DNA of 64,000 bases from an uncultured Bacteroides sp. (lineage in GTDB: Bacteria; Bacteroidota; Bacteroidia; Bacteroidales; GCA-2748055): NCBI GenBank assembly GCA_964604655.1, contig CAZRZY010000005.1:10031-74030 (forward strand), read 5' to 3'. The position numbers were made by a program, and so were the translations under genes. The notes below the pieces were generated by a model, which did no database searches, was not told where the DNA came from, and saw nothing but the letters and a program-made list of their open reading frames with translations. Below are positions 30,061 to 39,370 of the stretch, one piece after another. How positions within the stretch are numbered: the stretch's first letter is position 1; each line of letters begins with the position of its first letter.

Positions 30061-30942
30061 TTATTCCGCTGGAATGAGAAATAGCAGGTGAGCCGGAAGG
30101 ATCTCCACTTTGACCTGCGCTCTCTTTCCCATGGGTTCTCCGTCGATCTGTAGTTCCTCCGGATTCTGCAGGTGGATCTCCGCTTCCCGGCAACGAATGA
30201 TCCGGTGAAACTGGTTGTGATTGAAGTTTCGAAAGAGGATGGAAAAGGTCATATAGAAGAGAAACCAGAAAGGGTATGCCCGGATCATTACTACTTCGAA
30301 CCATCCGTCGTCGATCTTTCCGTCGGGTGAAATACTGGCACCTGTGCCATAATAGGCCGCATTGGCCATAACAATCATCATTGCCTTCGAATTCCGCCTC
30401 TTTGTGTCCGTGTTTACGGAAAACCTGAATTTGTGGCGGTTTTTCAATTCTCTGAAATATTGCCTGGCATATCCCAGAAAACCACGGATGCCTTCATCCT
30501 CATACCTGTGAATCACCCGCGCGTTCATACCCAGGTCACTCATATGAAGGCACATGTGCCTGTTGTTGATTTTCAGGACGTCCACCTCCTTAGGCTTTCC
30601 CTGTACCGCCACCTCCAAAGCGTCGAAGGGATCGCCGGGGATCCTGAGCTGGTATGCCATCCCGTTGGATGAACCCATCGGGATAATGGCCAGTTTGATC
30701 TTCTTTTCCCCGATAGCCGAGGCCAATAGATTGACGGTTCCGTCACCCCCGGCAGCTACCGCAATGGTTGCTCCGAAATCCTCCACCTCGCGTTTCATTT
30801 GTTTCATAACCTCAGTTCTCTCCAGTTCCACAATCCTGAACTGAAATCCATGGCTTTGAGATAACCGCTCGATTTCGGACACCAGGTTTTCTGAAGAACC
30901 GCTCCCTGCCCGGGTATTGAGAAAAAAAATGATACGCTCCAT
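30061..30942 (-). CDS. Diacylglycerol kinase catalytic-domain lipid kinase (YegS/DgkB-like)
   Basis: MERIIFFLNTRAGSG..., AAGGDGTVN, IPMGSSNG. The longest ORF extends to 31008. Confidence 0.8.
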   Translation of the reverse strand: MERIIFFLNTRAGSGSSENLVSEIERLSQSHGFQFRIVELERTEVMKQMKREVEDFGATIAVAAGGDGTVNLLASAIGEKKIKLAIIPMGSSNGMAYQLRIPGDPFDALEVAVQGKPKEVDVLKINNRHMCLHMSDLGMNARVIHRYEDEGIRGFLGYARQYFRELKNRHKFRFSVNTDTKRRNSKAMMIVMANAAYYGTGASISPDGKIDDGWFEVVMIRAYPFWFLFYMTFSILFRNFNHNQFHRIIRCREAEIHLQNPEELQIDGEPMGKRAQVKVEILPAHLLFLIPAE

Positions 30943-32098
30943 TGTACTGGTTTTGGTCTGTTCTTTGACCTTTTTCACAAATACAATGCAAATGAAAAAT
31001 CCCATCAAACATCTCCGAGTCAGGATTAAAAGAAGACTGGGCTGGTTAGGAATCCCAAAGATCTTAGTCTATACGGCTTACGGTGATGAGCATAAGATTA
31101 TGATCACCGGCGCGGTCATCGAAGATAAAGGGATCCGGCGGCCCGAGCAGGGCCAGAAGGTGTGGAGAAACTTCCTCAATATGATCAAAAGATACTCAGG
31201 GGATGAGATCCCGGGTGCCCTGGTACGGATCGAATACGGCCTGCGTCAGGAGGTAGTGCGAACCAATGAGATCGGACTGTTCCATACCGTGCTGCCACAT
31301 TCCAACAGGGAACCGGACAGGGAGACCTGGGAGCCGGTCCGATTCACCCTGCTGGAAGAGTATGCAGAAGAACAGGGAACTGTATCCGCTGAGAGCGAAG
31401 TGCAAATCGCAGATACGGATACGGATTATATGGTCGTATCGGATGTGGACGACACAGTCATGGTGTCCCACTCCACCCATACCCTCAGAAAACTGAGGCT
31501 CATGCTGTCAAAAAATGCGCTGACCAGGTCTCCATTCGAAGGGGTGGCCGGTTTCTACAGGGCCATGCATGCGGCCGGAAACGGAAAACAACGGTCCATC
31601 TTCTATGTTTCCGGTAGTGAATGGAACCTTTACGATCTGCTGGTGGACTTCTTCGAATCCAAAGAGATACCCAGGGGAACCCTTCTTTTGAGCGATGCCA
31701 ATCTGCGACTGTTCAGCCTTTTCCGTTCGGGAAAGAAGTACCAGGACAAAATCAGCAGAATCAAGGAACTTTTTGAGCTCTATTACCAGAACTCATTTAT
31801 CCTGATCGGGGACAGCGGTCAGAAGGATCCGGAGATCTACCTGCAGATAGCCGAAATGTTCCCTTCCCGTGTCAAGGTCATCTACATTCGGAATATAGGA
31901 AAAAAAAGAAGGAAACACCGGGTGGAGCTACTGTCACGGGAGGCTGCGGAGCTGGGAGTAGAGATGGTCCCTGTCCAGTCTACCCTGGAAGCAGCCAGTC
32001 ATGCAGTGGATAGCGGATTCATAAGGATGGAGCAGGTCACCGATATCCTTGCAGACAAGAGGAAAGAGGAAAAACTTCCGGAACAACCACCCCTTTAG
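30917..32098 (+). CDS. App1-family phosphatidate phosphatase (DUF2183)
   Basis: VVSDVDDTVMVSH (DxDxT), FYVSGSEWNLY, LIGDSGQKDPEIY. The start is uncertain (alternative ATG at 30986). The longest form overlaps the 5' end of the divergent kinase gene. Confidence 0.7.
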   Translation: MRKKMIRSIVLVLVCSLTFFTNTMQMKNPIKHLRVRIKRRLGWLGIPKILVYTAYGDEHKIMITGAVIEDKGIRRPEQGQKVWRNFLNMIKRYSGDEIPGALVRIEYGLRQEVVRTNEIGLFHTVLPHSNREPDRETWEPVRFTLLEEYAEEQGTVSAESEVQIADTDTDYMVVSDVDDTVMVSHSTHTLRKLRLMLSKNALTRSPFEGVAGFYRAMHAAGNGKQRSIFYVSGSEWNLYDLLVDFFESKEIPRGTLLLSDANLRLFSLFRSGKKYQDKISRIKELFELYYQNSFILIGDSGQKDPEIYLQIAEMFPSRVKVIYIRNIGKKRRKHRVELLSREAAELGVEMVPVQSTLEAASHAVDSGFIRMEQVTDILADKRKEEKLPEQPPL

Positions 32099-32525
32099 GA
32101 GTCATTGTAACCGGCAGGACCGTTCGCCTCGCTCCCGGAGAGCCCTGTTCCTTGCGATAGTCCTTCAGCAGCTCCGGTAAAGAGACCGCTGAGGGCTTCA
32201 TCGAAGCTTTCCGAATAACTGAGGTTATCATTATGCATGACAGCCACCAGCTTCAATTCCGGATAAGCGGAAGTCACGGACTTCTGGTAAATGGGTTCCA
32301 CGTAGATCATGGTGCCGGCCATAATCCTCACCGTCGGACATTCCTGCGATCCATCCGATCAGCACCTGCTTGTTTTGAGAAGATACCGGTCAAGGTCAGC
32401 ATGGGTAACCGGATATGCACATCGGTCCATCCCGGCCCGGTGAAAAACCCATACCCCGGGTAAGTGCGAATTTGTTCGGGTAATCCCGACTCTGCACTTT
32501 GTCCTTCTGTAGGGAATGACAGCAT
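32095..32525 (-). pseudogene. C-terminal remnant of a UPF0182-family membrane protein (frameshifted, N-terminal ~85% missing)
   Basis: Two overlapping ORFs in different frames. One reads ..YPGYGFFTGPGW..MLTLTG.. and the other ..MIYVEPIYQKSVTSAYPELKLVAVMHNDNLSYSESFDEAL. The latter matches the conserved UPF0182 C-terminus (YVEPxYLQ....PELKxVxV....ExxxEAL) as I remember it. Confidence 0.55.
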
Positions 32526-32600
32526 GAACCGATGGACAGCAGGAGAAAGCCTGAGGTGCTAACGTGTGAGTGGCTTTTCAGGAACGATGTCACCATCTGA

Positions 32601-32830
32601 AGAAGAGTTCAGGAAGCAGGGTATCATCGATCAGCTGACCTTCCTGAAAAAGATCAGACGACCCGTATTTTGAAAGCCATGGAAAATCCCTATTCCCACA
32701 TCATGGCCCATCCTAACGGACGCATGATCGGAAAACGGAAAGAGTGCGATTTGGACCTGGAGAAGATCATGGAACATGCGCTCCTGGAAAAGACTGAAAT
32801 CATTGCTGAAACGACACTAGGCTCCACCCC
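32601..32830 (+). pseudogene. Remnant of a PHP-domain protein (PolX/histidinol-phosphatase family)
   Basis: The in-frame translation after the stop at 32598 is LPEKDQTTRILKAMENPYSHIMAHPNGRMIGKRKECDLDLEKIMEHALLEKTEI. This resembles the ...RIl.Ai.nP.vdii.HPtGRl.g.R..y.vD.ekv pattern of PolX PHP domains. No upstream polymerase domain is present. Confidence 0.5.
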
Positions 32831-32957
32831 CATATCCAAAAATCCCTTTATCGAGGGACCCTCCCATGAATTCATCCAAGCAAACGAAAATCCTCATGCA
32901 CCTGTAATTTCGGAACGCATTGAGAAATTTCAGCAACCAGAGTATCTCCCGAGCTGG

Positions 32958-34070
32958 CTATTCGTAAAGCGCCGAGTAGATCTGGTCCACCATATCCTGG
33001 AAGGTCTCCGGGTTATCGAAAATGGAGCGCTTATTGAGGAAGCGTTCGGTGTGGTAGAACAGCTTGGTTTTGTCAAATCCGGTAAAGTCCTCAACCCGGC
33101 TGTGGAAATAGAGCTCACTGATGTTCTTGTCGTAGAGCTTTTTGACCGAATTTCCCAGCCCGAAAAGCAGGTAATATTTGGAGATGGTCTTGGCGGGATT
33201 TTCATAGTCGCAGAAGATCTTGTCCATATAGGTGCCGTTCTCATAGATCACCACCTCCCTGACGAACCCTTCATAGGTATAGAAAATCCACTCTCCGTGT
33301 CGCTGCCGGGTCTTCTTAAAACCCTGATATTTGATGGTCCCGTCGTTATAGAGCTCCATTTCAGGAATATAGAACTTGCCGCTGGGAACCTTCACCTTGC
33401 CGTTGACCAGCTCCCGGTCCTCGATGCCAAAATAGGTGAGGTAGGGCATTTCAGCCATGATCTCTTCCGGACGTGAGGTGTCCTCCACCTTTTCGAAGTG
33501 TGCTCCGGCGAAAACCTCTTCGGCAGATTCGATCAACAACTCCTGCTCATAGATCCCGTCCTCGTATGCCTTTCTGTCTCTCAGTTTTGTGATCAGCACG
33601 CCCATATCCACCATCAGGATCGGATTGAGCTCTGAAAGCGTCATGGAGGTTATGATCATCTCTTTCTCGTTCCTGTAAATACAGGTATTCAGTTTATCAT
33701 GGTAGAGTATCCGCAGGTTCTTAAGATCCTTGAACCATTTTTGCCCCCTGGTCTGGTTCCGCTCTCTTCCGTATAGAAGAGTGATCCTTACATTCCGCTG
33801 GTCTGCCTGTTGAAACCGAAGGATCACACTCTCATGAAGCTTCAAATCAGGACAGAAAAAAACGATCTCTCCGGTCGCTTCAGATATAAGACGGTCTATC
33901 TGGTAGGAAGCACCTACGGATGAAAGGAATTCGGCAGCCATGTAATCGTCACTGTTGTATGCGTTTTTACTAGTGTCAGATTCGCATCTGATTCTGTGTA
34001 CTGAAATTATGGAAAAAAGTTGCTCTTTCTGTGAGGAAATATCAACACCCTGCCAAAGGATCTTTGGCAT
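32958..34070 (-). CDS. PLD-like (single HxK, Nuc-type) domain fused to a MORN/YwqK-like repeat and an unknown C-terminal domain
   Basis: 370 aa, with an alternative start at M44 (33941). GEIVFFCPDL...VRITLLYGRE...LRILYHDKLNTCIYRNEKEMIITSMTLSE follows the phospholipase-D-family nuclease pattern. GKFYIPEMELYNDGTIKYQGFKKTRQRHGEWIFYTYEGFVREVVIYENG is MORN-variant-like. Confidence 0.6.
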   Translation of the reverse strand: MPKILWQGVDISSQKEQLFSIISVHRIRCESDTSKNAYNSDDYMAAEFLSSVGASYQIDRLISEATGEIVFFCPDLKLHESVILRFQQADQRNVRITLLYGRERNQTRGQKWFKDLKNLRILYHDKLNTCIYRNEKEMIITSMTLSELNPILMVDMGVLITKLRDRKAYEDGIYEQELLIESAEEVFAGAHFEKVEDTSRPEEIMAEMPYLTYFGIEDRELVNGKVKVPSGKFYIPEMELYNDGTIKYQGFKKTRQRHGEWIFYTYEGFVREVVIYENGTYMDKIFCDYENPAKTISKYYLLFGLGNSVKKLYDKNISELYFHSRVEDFTGFDKTKLFYHTERFLNKRSIFDNPETFQDMVDQIYSALYE

Positions 34071-34318
34071 AGTTTTTATGGATGAAGGGCTGTTGTAAAA
34101 CTATCCGCGGTTCCTGATGAGGTATGACTGGTCTGCTATCCCAACCTGACATTGAATACCCTTTACCGGATGATTTAGAAACCAGGCGATAAGGATCGGC
34201 CCTGAAGGGAAAAAGAGTGAATGCGTCATAAAACCGGGTAAAATATCCCTGAAGAGTATAAAAATCCATAATTTTGATCACCAGGTGGCTCTCCAGGATC
34301 ACCGTCTAAATATCTGAT

Positions 34319-35320
34319 ATGGACAGAAAAGCACAAAGGATTCGATTAGGCATCTTTGTATTTATCAGTACAGCAGCCCTCGCCATGCTGATTATCTATT
34401 TTGCAGCTAATCAGCTTTTCGAAAAAACCGACCAGTATTACATTGCCTACCAGGATGTTTCGGTGAGCGGCCTGGAGGTGGGCAGTCCGGTGGAATATCT
34501 CGGGATCAGGATCGGAACGATCTCCAACATCTCGATCAATCCGCGGGACATTAATTCCATTATCGTTGAGTTGTCCGTCGCCCCCGGAACTCCCATCAAA
34601 GAAGATGCACAAGCTGATATTGAGACCATGGGTATCACCGGGCTGAAAGCCATTGAGATCCGTGGTGGCAGCAACGAGGCACGTGCTCTGGAGAGCGGGG
34701 ATTTCATCAATGCCGGAGCCTCCACAACCCAGGAGATAACGGGAAGGGCCAATGTAATCGCACAGAAAGCCGAAAAGGTGATCAATAATCTGCAACTGTT
34801 CACCGATCCGGAAAACCTGGGGAAGGTGACACTGGCTGTAGAGAGTATCAATCAGCTGGCCGGACAGTTAACGTTCACTATAAGGCGGGTCGACTCCCTT
34901 ATCAAAGAGAACAGGACAGAGATCAGGAGCACTGTACAAAATGCCTCACAGGTCACAGAACAGCTGACTGTAACCACCAACACCCTGGATGAAGCAGTAA
35001 ACAGCTTCAAACAGGTCATTGAGGGGGATACCATTCAGAATATCCTGGGCAACGCCCATGAAATCTCACTGCAATTGAGGGAGAGCGAACTGAAAAATCT
35101 CATCGGGCAGCTGGTTGAAGTCTCCAAGCAGACGCGGGTCCTGCTTTATAAAGTGGATCAGGAGCTGGATGTCAACAGTCAGGAGTTTAATGAGAGTGTA
35201 AGGCTGCTGAAAGCGATCCTGACCAATATTGAAGAGACCTCCAACAGGATCAGCTCCGATCCTTCCATTCTTTTCAGGGGACAGGGCGATAAAAACATTC
35301 CGGATGACCGACTTCATTAG
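34319..35320 (+). CDS. mlaD: MlaD/MCE-domain protein (ABC transporter periplasmic component) with a long helical C-terminus
   Basis: 333 aa. N-terminal TM, an MCE core (VSGLEVGSPVEYLGIRIGTISNISI), then helical repeats. Confidence 0.8.
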   Translation: MDRKAQRIRLGIFVFISTAALAMLIIYFAANQLFEKTDQYYIAYQDVSVSGLEVGSPVEYLGIRIGTISNISINPRDINSIIVELSVAPGTPIKEDAQADIETMGITGLKAIEIRGGSNEARALESGDFINAGASTTQEITGRANVIAQKAEKVINNLQLFTDPENLGKVTLAVESINQLAGQLTFTIRRVDSLIKENRTEIRSTVQNASQVTEQLTVTTNTLDEAVNSFKQVIEGDTIQNILGNAHEISLQLRESELKNLIGQLVEVSKQTRVLLYKVDQELDVNSQEFNESVRLLKAILTNIEETSNRISSDPSILFRGQGDKNIPDDRLH

Positions 35321-35333
35321 CAAGCTATTAATC

Positions 35334-35987
35334 ATGAAACAAATCGTACGACCAATCGCATGGATTATTATTGCGCTGCCCATCTTTTCGGCAAGCTGCA
35401 TTTCCAATAAAACAGTTCTCAACAAATATTATCTGATAGAGTGGCAGGCAGTATCCGACGATCCTGAAAAAGGGAAGGGAGAAGAACCGGTGATCGATAT
35501 GAACTGCGAGATACAGAAGATCGAGGTCAATTCACTGATCGACCGGAGCCAGATCATTAATCGCTCACGATCAAACGAGATCACTTACTACCAGAACCAT
35601 CTCTGGGCAACGAGACCTTCCGTGGCCTTTACAGAAGCGATTCTTCACCAGCTGGGAGCCTCCTCCCTGTTCCGTGGAGTATCCGCCAGATATAGCCGGG
35701 ATGTGCCTGAATTCCGATTCGGAACCACCATCAGGCAACTGGAGGTCATTGAAAAAAATCATAATTTTCTGGCCCACCTTCAGATGAAGTTCGAATTGAT
35801 CCGGAATACAGATAACACGGTCCTGGCTACCCACAGTTTTGACCGTGCCGAAACGCTTTCCAAGAGGGATCTGAATCTTTTTGCACAGACCATCAGCCAG
35901 ATCCTTCACGAAGAACTGCACATCTTTATCTCCATGCTGAAGCAACAGGGACCGGAGATACAAAACAGGGCAGATGGCAGAGATTGA
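35334..35987 (+). CDS. ABC-transport auxiliary lipoprotein (PqiC/DUF330-like)
   Basis: MKQIVRPIAWIIIALPIFSASC lipoprotein signal, followed by NKYYLIEW. The position after MlaD is typical. The longest ORF starts at 35229. Confidence 0.6.
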   Translation: MKQIVRPIAWIIIALPIFSASCISNKTVLNKYYLIEWQAVSDDPEKGKGEEPVIDMNCEIQKIEVNSLIDRSQIINRSRSNEITYYQNHLWATRPSVAFTEAILHQLGASSLFRGVSARYSRDVPEFRFGTTIRQLEVIEKNHNFLAHLQMKFELIRNTDNTVLATHSFDRAETLSKRDLNLFAQTISQILHEELHIFISMLKQQGPEIQNRADGRD

Positions 35988-37068
35988 ACGAAGTGACGAT
36001 AAGCTCATCATTAAAGGGACACTCACCTGGAAGGAGGCCGGTCCATTTCTGAAACAGGCAGGTCTGCTGATCAGAAACTATCCCCATCACTCCATCCTGG
36101 TAGAACTGGATGAATTGGAAGCCTTCGACACTGCAGGGGCCGGAACCCTTCATCGATGCCGTGAACTGCTGGAGAAACAAAAGATCGAAGTGCAGTTCTC
36201 AGGGGTTTCGTCCGAGTTGGCGAACACTATGGAAATGATCGCTCAGGCGGAAAAGGGGAGGAAATCGGCCGAAGACAAACCCGGATTTCTCGAACGAATC
36301 GGTTCTTCCACCTCCTACGTATTCAGGGAATATATCACCAGTTACCTCACTCTGGCATCAGAGATCACCTACTGGTCGGCAGCCGATCTATTTAAAAGGG
36401 GCGCCCGCCGAAAGGGGGAAATCGCCAATCAGTCCGTATTGATGGGAGTGAATGCGGCATTTATCGTTGGTTTGATGTCATTTATCATCGGGCTGGTATT
36501 GGCGCTTCAATCGTCTGCACAGCTGCGTATGTTCGGAGCCAATATTTACATTGTGGATCTGACTGTGATCGCGATGATGAGTGAAATGGGGCCCCTGATC
36601 ACCGCCATCATGGTGGCAGGCAGAAGTGGTTCCTCCATTGCTGCGGAGATCGCAACCATGAAAGTAACATCCGAAACCGATGCACTGACCACCATGGGGA
36701 TGAGACCCCTTCGATTTATTGTGGTTCCCAAACTCTATGCAGGCCTCATCACGATGCCGTTCCTGGTGGTCATTGCCAATATTCTCGGTATTTTGGGGGG
36801 TATGCTGATCGCAGCGCTGAACCTGGATATCTCTCCCACCGTTTTTATAAACAGGATGCAGGAATCTCTTTACCTGAGGGATATTATTTTCGGGATCATA
36901 AAAAGCGTGGTTTTTGCCTACATCATCGTGGTAACCGGAAGCTATTTCGGATTCAGGGTCACCAAGGGACCGGCCGGTGTGGGGAAAGTCACTACCCAGG
37001 CGGTGGTCGTAGCTATTTCACTGGTCATTGTAGCTGATAGTATCATGGGGATGATATTTTACAGATGA
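35974..37068 (+). CDS. mlaE: MlaE-family ABC permease with an N-terminal STAS domain
   Basis: 364 aa. An N-terminal ~90 aa STAS-like region (LDELEAFDTAGAGTL), then a 5-6 TM MlaE core (EMGPLITAIMVAGRSGSSIAAEIATMKVTSE.DAL). Confidence 0.85.
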   Translation: MAEIERSDDKLIIKGTLTWKEAGPFLKQAGLLIRNYPHHSILVELDELEAFDTAGAGTLHRCRELLEKQKIEVQFSGVSSELANTMEMIAQAEKGRKSAEDKPGFLERIGSSTSYVFREYITSYLTLASEITYWSAADLFKRGARRKGEIANQSVLMGVNAAFIVGLMSFIIGLVLALQSSAQLRMFGANIYIVDLTVIAMMSEMGPLITAIMVAGRSGSSIAAEIATMKVTSETDALTTMGMRPLRFIVVPKLYAGLITMPFLVVIANILGILGGMLIAALNLDISPTVFINRMQESLYLRDIIFGIIKSVVFAYIIVVTGSYFGFRVTKGPAGVGKVTTQAVVVAISLVIVADSIMGMIFYR

Positions 37069-37826
37069 ATAAAGAAGAGGTGATCATACAGGTGAACAAT
37101 CTTTCCGCAGAACTTGGAGGAAAGCAGATACTGAAGAATATCAGTTTCCAGGTGTACAAAGGGGGGATCCTGACCATCCTGGGTGGCAGTGGTTCGGGCA
37201 AGACAACCCTTCTCAAGCATCTGCTTGGTCTCTATCCTTCTTCTGCAGAGGCTGTATCGGTATATGGCAGGAACCCCTCCAGGCTAAGGGACAGAGAGGA
37301 ACGATCCTTTTATCACCAGATTGGTGTGCTGTATCAGAACGGGGCTCTCCTTAATTCCATGACAGTGGGTGAAAACATAGGGCTCCCACTGGTGCAGAAT
37401 ACCCAGCTTCCTGGATCTCTGATCAGAAGGATCGTCCACTGGAAATTATCCCTGGTGAATCTGGATCCGCATGTATTTGACCAGTATCCTTCCGAATTGA
37501 GCGGTGGGATGCTTAAAAGGGCCGCACTCGCACGATCCATCGTGCTGGACCCTCCATTGCTCTTCTGCGATGAGCCTGGTGCCGGACTCGATCCGGTTTC
37601 ACTGTCAAAGCTTGATCATCTGATCAAAAGCCTGACAAGACAGTTCGGGATGACTGTTGTCCTGGTAACCCATGAAGTAACCAGTATTCTTCGCCTGGCC
37701 GACCGGGTCCTTTTCCTGGACGAAGGTGATCAGATTTTCGAAGGCACACTGAAAGATGCCCGACAATCCCCACTGGATCCAATGAAAGAATTTTTTACGA
37801 TCGGAACCGGTGATCAGGCGAAATAG
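37065..37826 (+). CDS. mlaF: ABC transporter ATP-binding protein (MlaF-like)
   Basis: 253 aa. GGSGSGKTTL, LSGGMLKRAALAR, LLFCDEPGAGLD. Confidence 0.9.
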   Translation: MNKEEVIIQVNNLSAELGGKQILKNISFQVYKGGILTILGGSGSGKTTLLKHLLGLYPSSAEAVSVYGRNPSRLRDREERSFYHQIGVLYQNGALLNSMTVGENIGLPLVQNTQLPGSLIRRIVHWKLSLVNLDPHVFDQYPSELSGGMLKRAALARSIVLDPPLLFCDEPGAGLDPVSLSKLDHLIKSLTRQFGMTVVLVTHEVTSILRLADRVLFLDEGDQIFEGTLKDARQSPLDPMKEFFTIGTGDQAK

Positions 37827-38173
37827 ATGATCTTGGCTTTGATGTCATTCTTATTCAACACATCTCTCAACTCCGGCAGCTGCTCTTCGGGAGTCACTAT
37901 GTTTAAATCCCCGTTTTTCTTACCTGAGTAAAGGGAGAATAATCTCCATTTTTCCACCTGGTAGTTCTGATCCATCTCCACTTCATAAATCTCAGTTCCT
38001 TCCGGGCTGGTGAGCATCACATCAGGGGTAAAGCCCTCTTCCCTGTTACCTTTCTCGCTGATGGTTTCGGGCCGCTCATACCCTTCCACCACGCTGGTCC
38101 TTATCTCCACATTGTCGAACTCCTTCTCCACCTTTTCGATGATGGCCTGTACTACAATTTGTTTACTTACCAT
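37814..38173 (-). CDS. Hypothetical small protein, likely co-transcribed with the universal stress protein gene
   Basis: 119 aa. Starts 15 nt downstream of the usp stop. No family recognised. GFTPDVML...EIYEVE is a weak nuclease-fold-like pattern. Confidence 0.45.
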   Translation of the reverse strand: MVSKQIVVQAIIEKVEKEFDNVEIRTSVVEGYERPETISEKGNREEGFTPDVMLTSPEGTEIYEVEMDQNYQVEKWRLFSLYSGKKNGDLNIVTPEEQLPELRDVLNKNDIKAKIIYFA

Positions 38174-38188
38174 AATAACGGATTATTT

Positions 38189-39043
38189 TTACATATGAAA
38201 CACCAGGACCGGTCTGTCCACTTCCTTAATCAGTTTTTCCGTGGAACTTGGCTGAAATATCCGGTCCAGGAAATTTTTATTCTCTTTAAGAACAACGATC
38301 AGATCGGCGCTGATACTGGTTGCAAATCCATTGATCAAATCGACTATTTCACTCCCGTCCTTCTCTGTCAGAGCTTTTACGGTGATCTTATCATATCCTG
38401 TTTTACTCTCCACCATTTTCTGGAATCCCACGTTTTTGATCCTGTTTTCGAAATCGGGATCGGCTGTCACATGCAGCGCATGTATATTTGGCTTAAATCC
38501 GGCTGTCAATTCAATCAACCGTTGAATCGTTGTTAAATCCTCTTCATGGTAATCGGTGGCATAAATGATCTGTTTGCATGTTTTGTAATTCGATTCCTCA
38601 GGAACAACCCATACCGGACACTCACAGTGCCTTACCACCTGCCTTACAAAAGTGTCTTTAACCAGAAAACTATCGAATCCGGTGCTTTCCAGCAACACCA
38701 TGTGGGCTTTCCCCGACTGTATAAACTCATTAATGACGCGGGTCTCGTTCCCAACGCTGGTGAAGACTTCCGCCTCTATATCCTTTGAATGCCCTTCAAA
38801 TACCGAGTCGAGCTGCTCCATTAAAACCCTTCTGGCCTCCTCATTTTTCTCTTCAAGTGTTTTTTGCAGTCTTGCCACTGCAACTCCCGTACTGTCAGGC
38901 GCACCCATGGGATAGTTGGCAGGATTCTCAATAAAAAGGATCGAAAGATTTGTATGCATATCTGCAGCCAATCCGGAAGCATACCGAATCAGTTCTTCGG
39001 AATCGGCAGGATTTCTTACAAGTGTCAGCAGTGTTTTCATCAT
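38189..39043 (-). CDS. Universal stress protein with tandem UspA domains
   Basis: Starting at MMKTLLTLVRNP gives about 285 aa with two Usp halves (HMVLLESTG..., PVWVVP; ..LIVVLKE....STEKLIKEVDRPVLVFH). The longest ORF reaches 39256 with an N-terminal extension that has no family resemblance. Confidence 0.75.
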   Translation of the reverse strand: MMKTLLTLVRNPADSEELIRYASGLAADMHTNLSILFIENPANYPMGAPDSTGVAVARLQKTLEEKNEEARRVLMEQLDSVFEGHSKDIEAEVFTSVGNETRVINEFIQSGKAHMVLLESTGFDSFLVKDTFVRQVVRHCECPVWVVPEESNYKTCKQIIYATDYHEEDLTTIQRLIELTAGFKPNIHALHVTADPDFENRIKNVGFQKMVESKTGYDKITVKALTEKDGSEIVDLINGFATSISADLIVVLKENKNFLDRIFQPSSTEKLIKEVDRPVLVFHM

Positions 39044-39370
39044 ACGTGTGATGTTAAAACGATCTTTGTACACTAAAGCCACAAGAGCCATACCATTCTG
39101 GGAGAAAACTGCCTGACCCGCCGGGATTCCATGGCCCATCAACAAAAATACTTTTCCATCCATCGTCATACTGAACATCACACCTGCCACCAAAGTGTGT
39201 AGTTTTTCAATACTACTGTGGAAAAAAACCACAAAATCGGTTCGACCACAGAACAAAATAGCTTAATAAAGCTTTTACTATCAGTGGGGTAGTGATCCTT
39301 ATCATATTTGGGTACATTTTTTTCTACTTATATCATACTTTTAAATCCATTAAATCAATTGACATACACG

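Noticed and set aside
32670-33476. The 268-aa plus-strand ORF taken as one gene.
   Set aside because: Only its first ~55 codons resemble a PHP domain. From about 32958 onward it is the antisense shadow of the PLD-like gene. It is treated as a remnant plus a spurious extension.
39044-39256. A 71-codon N-terminal extension of the Usp gene (longest ORF).
   Set aside because: The extension has no Usp similarity, and an internal MMKTLL start yields the canonical two-domain length. I cannot exclude the longer form without expression data.
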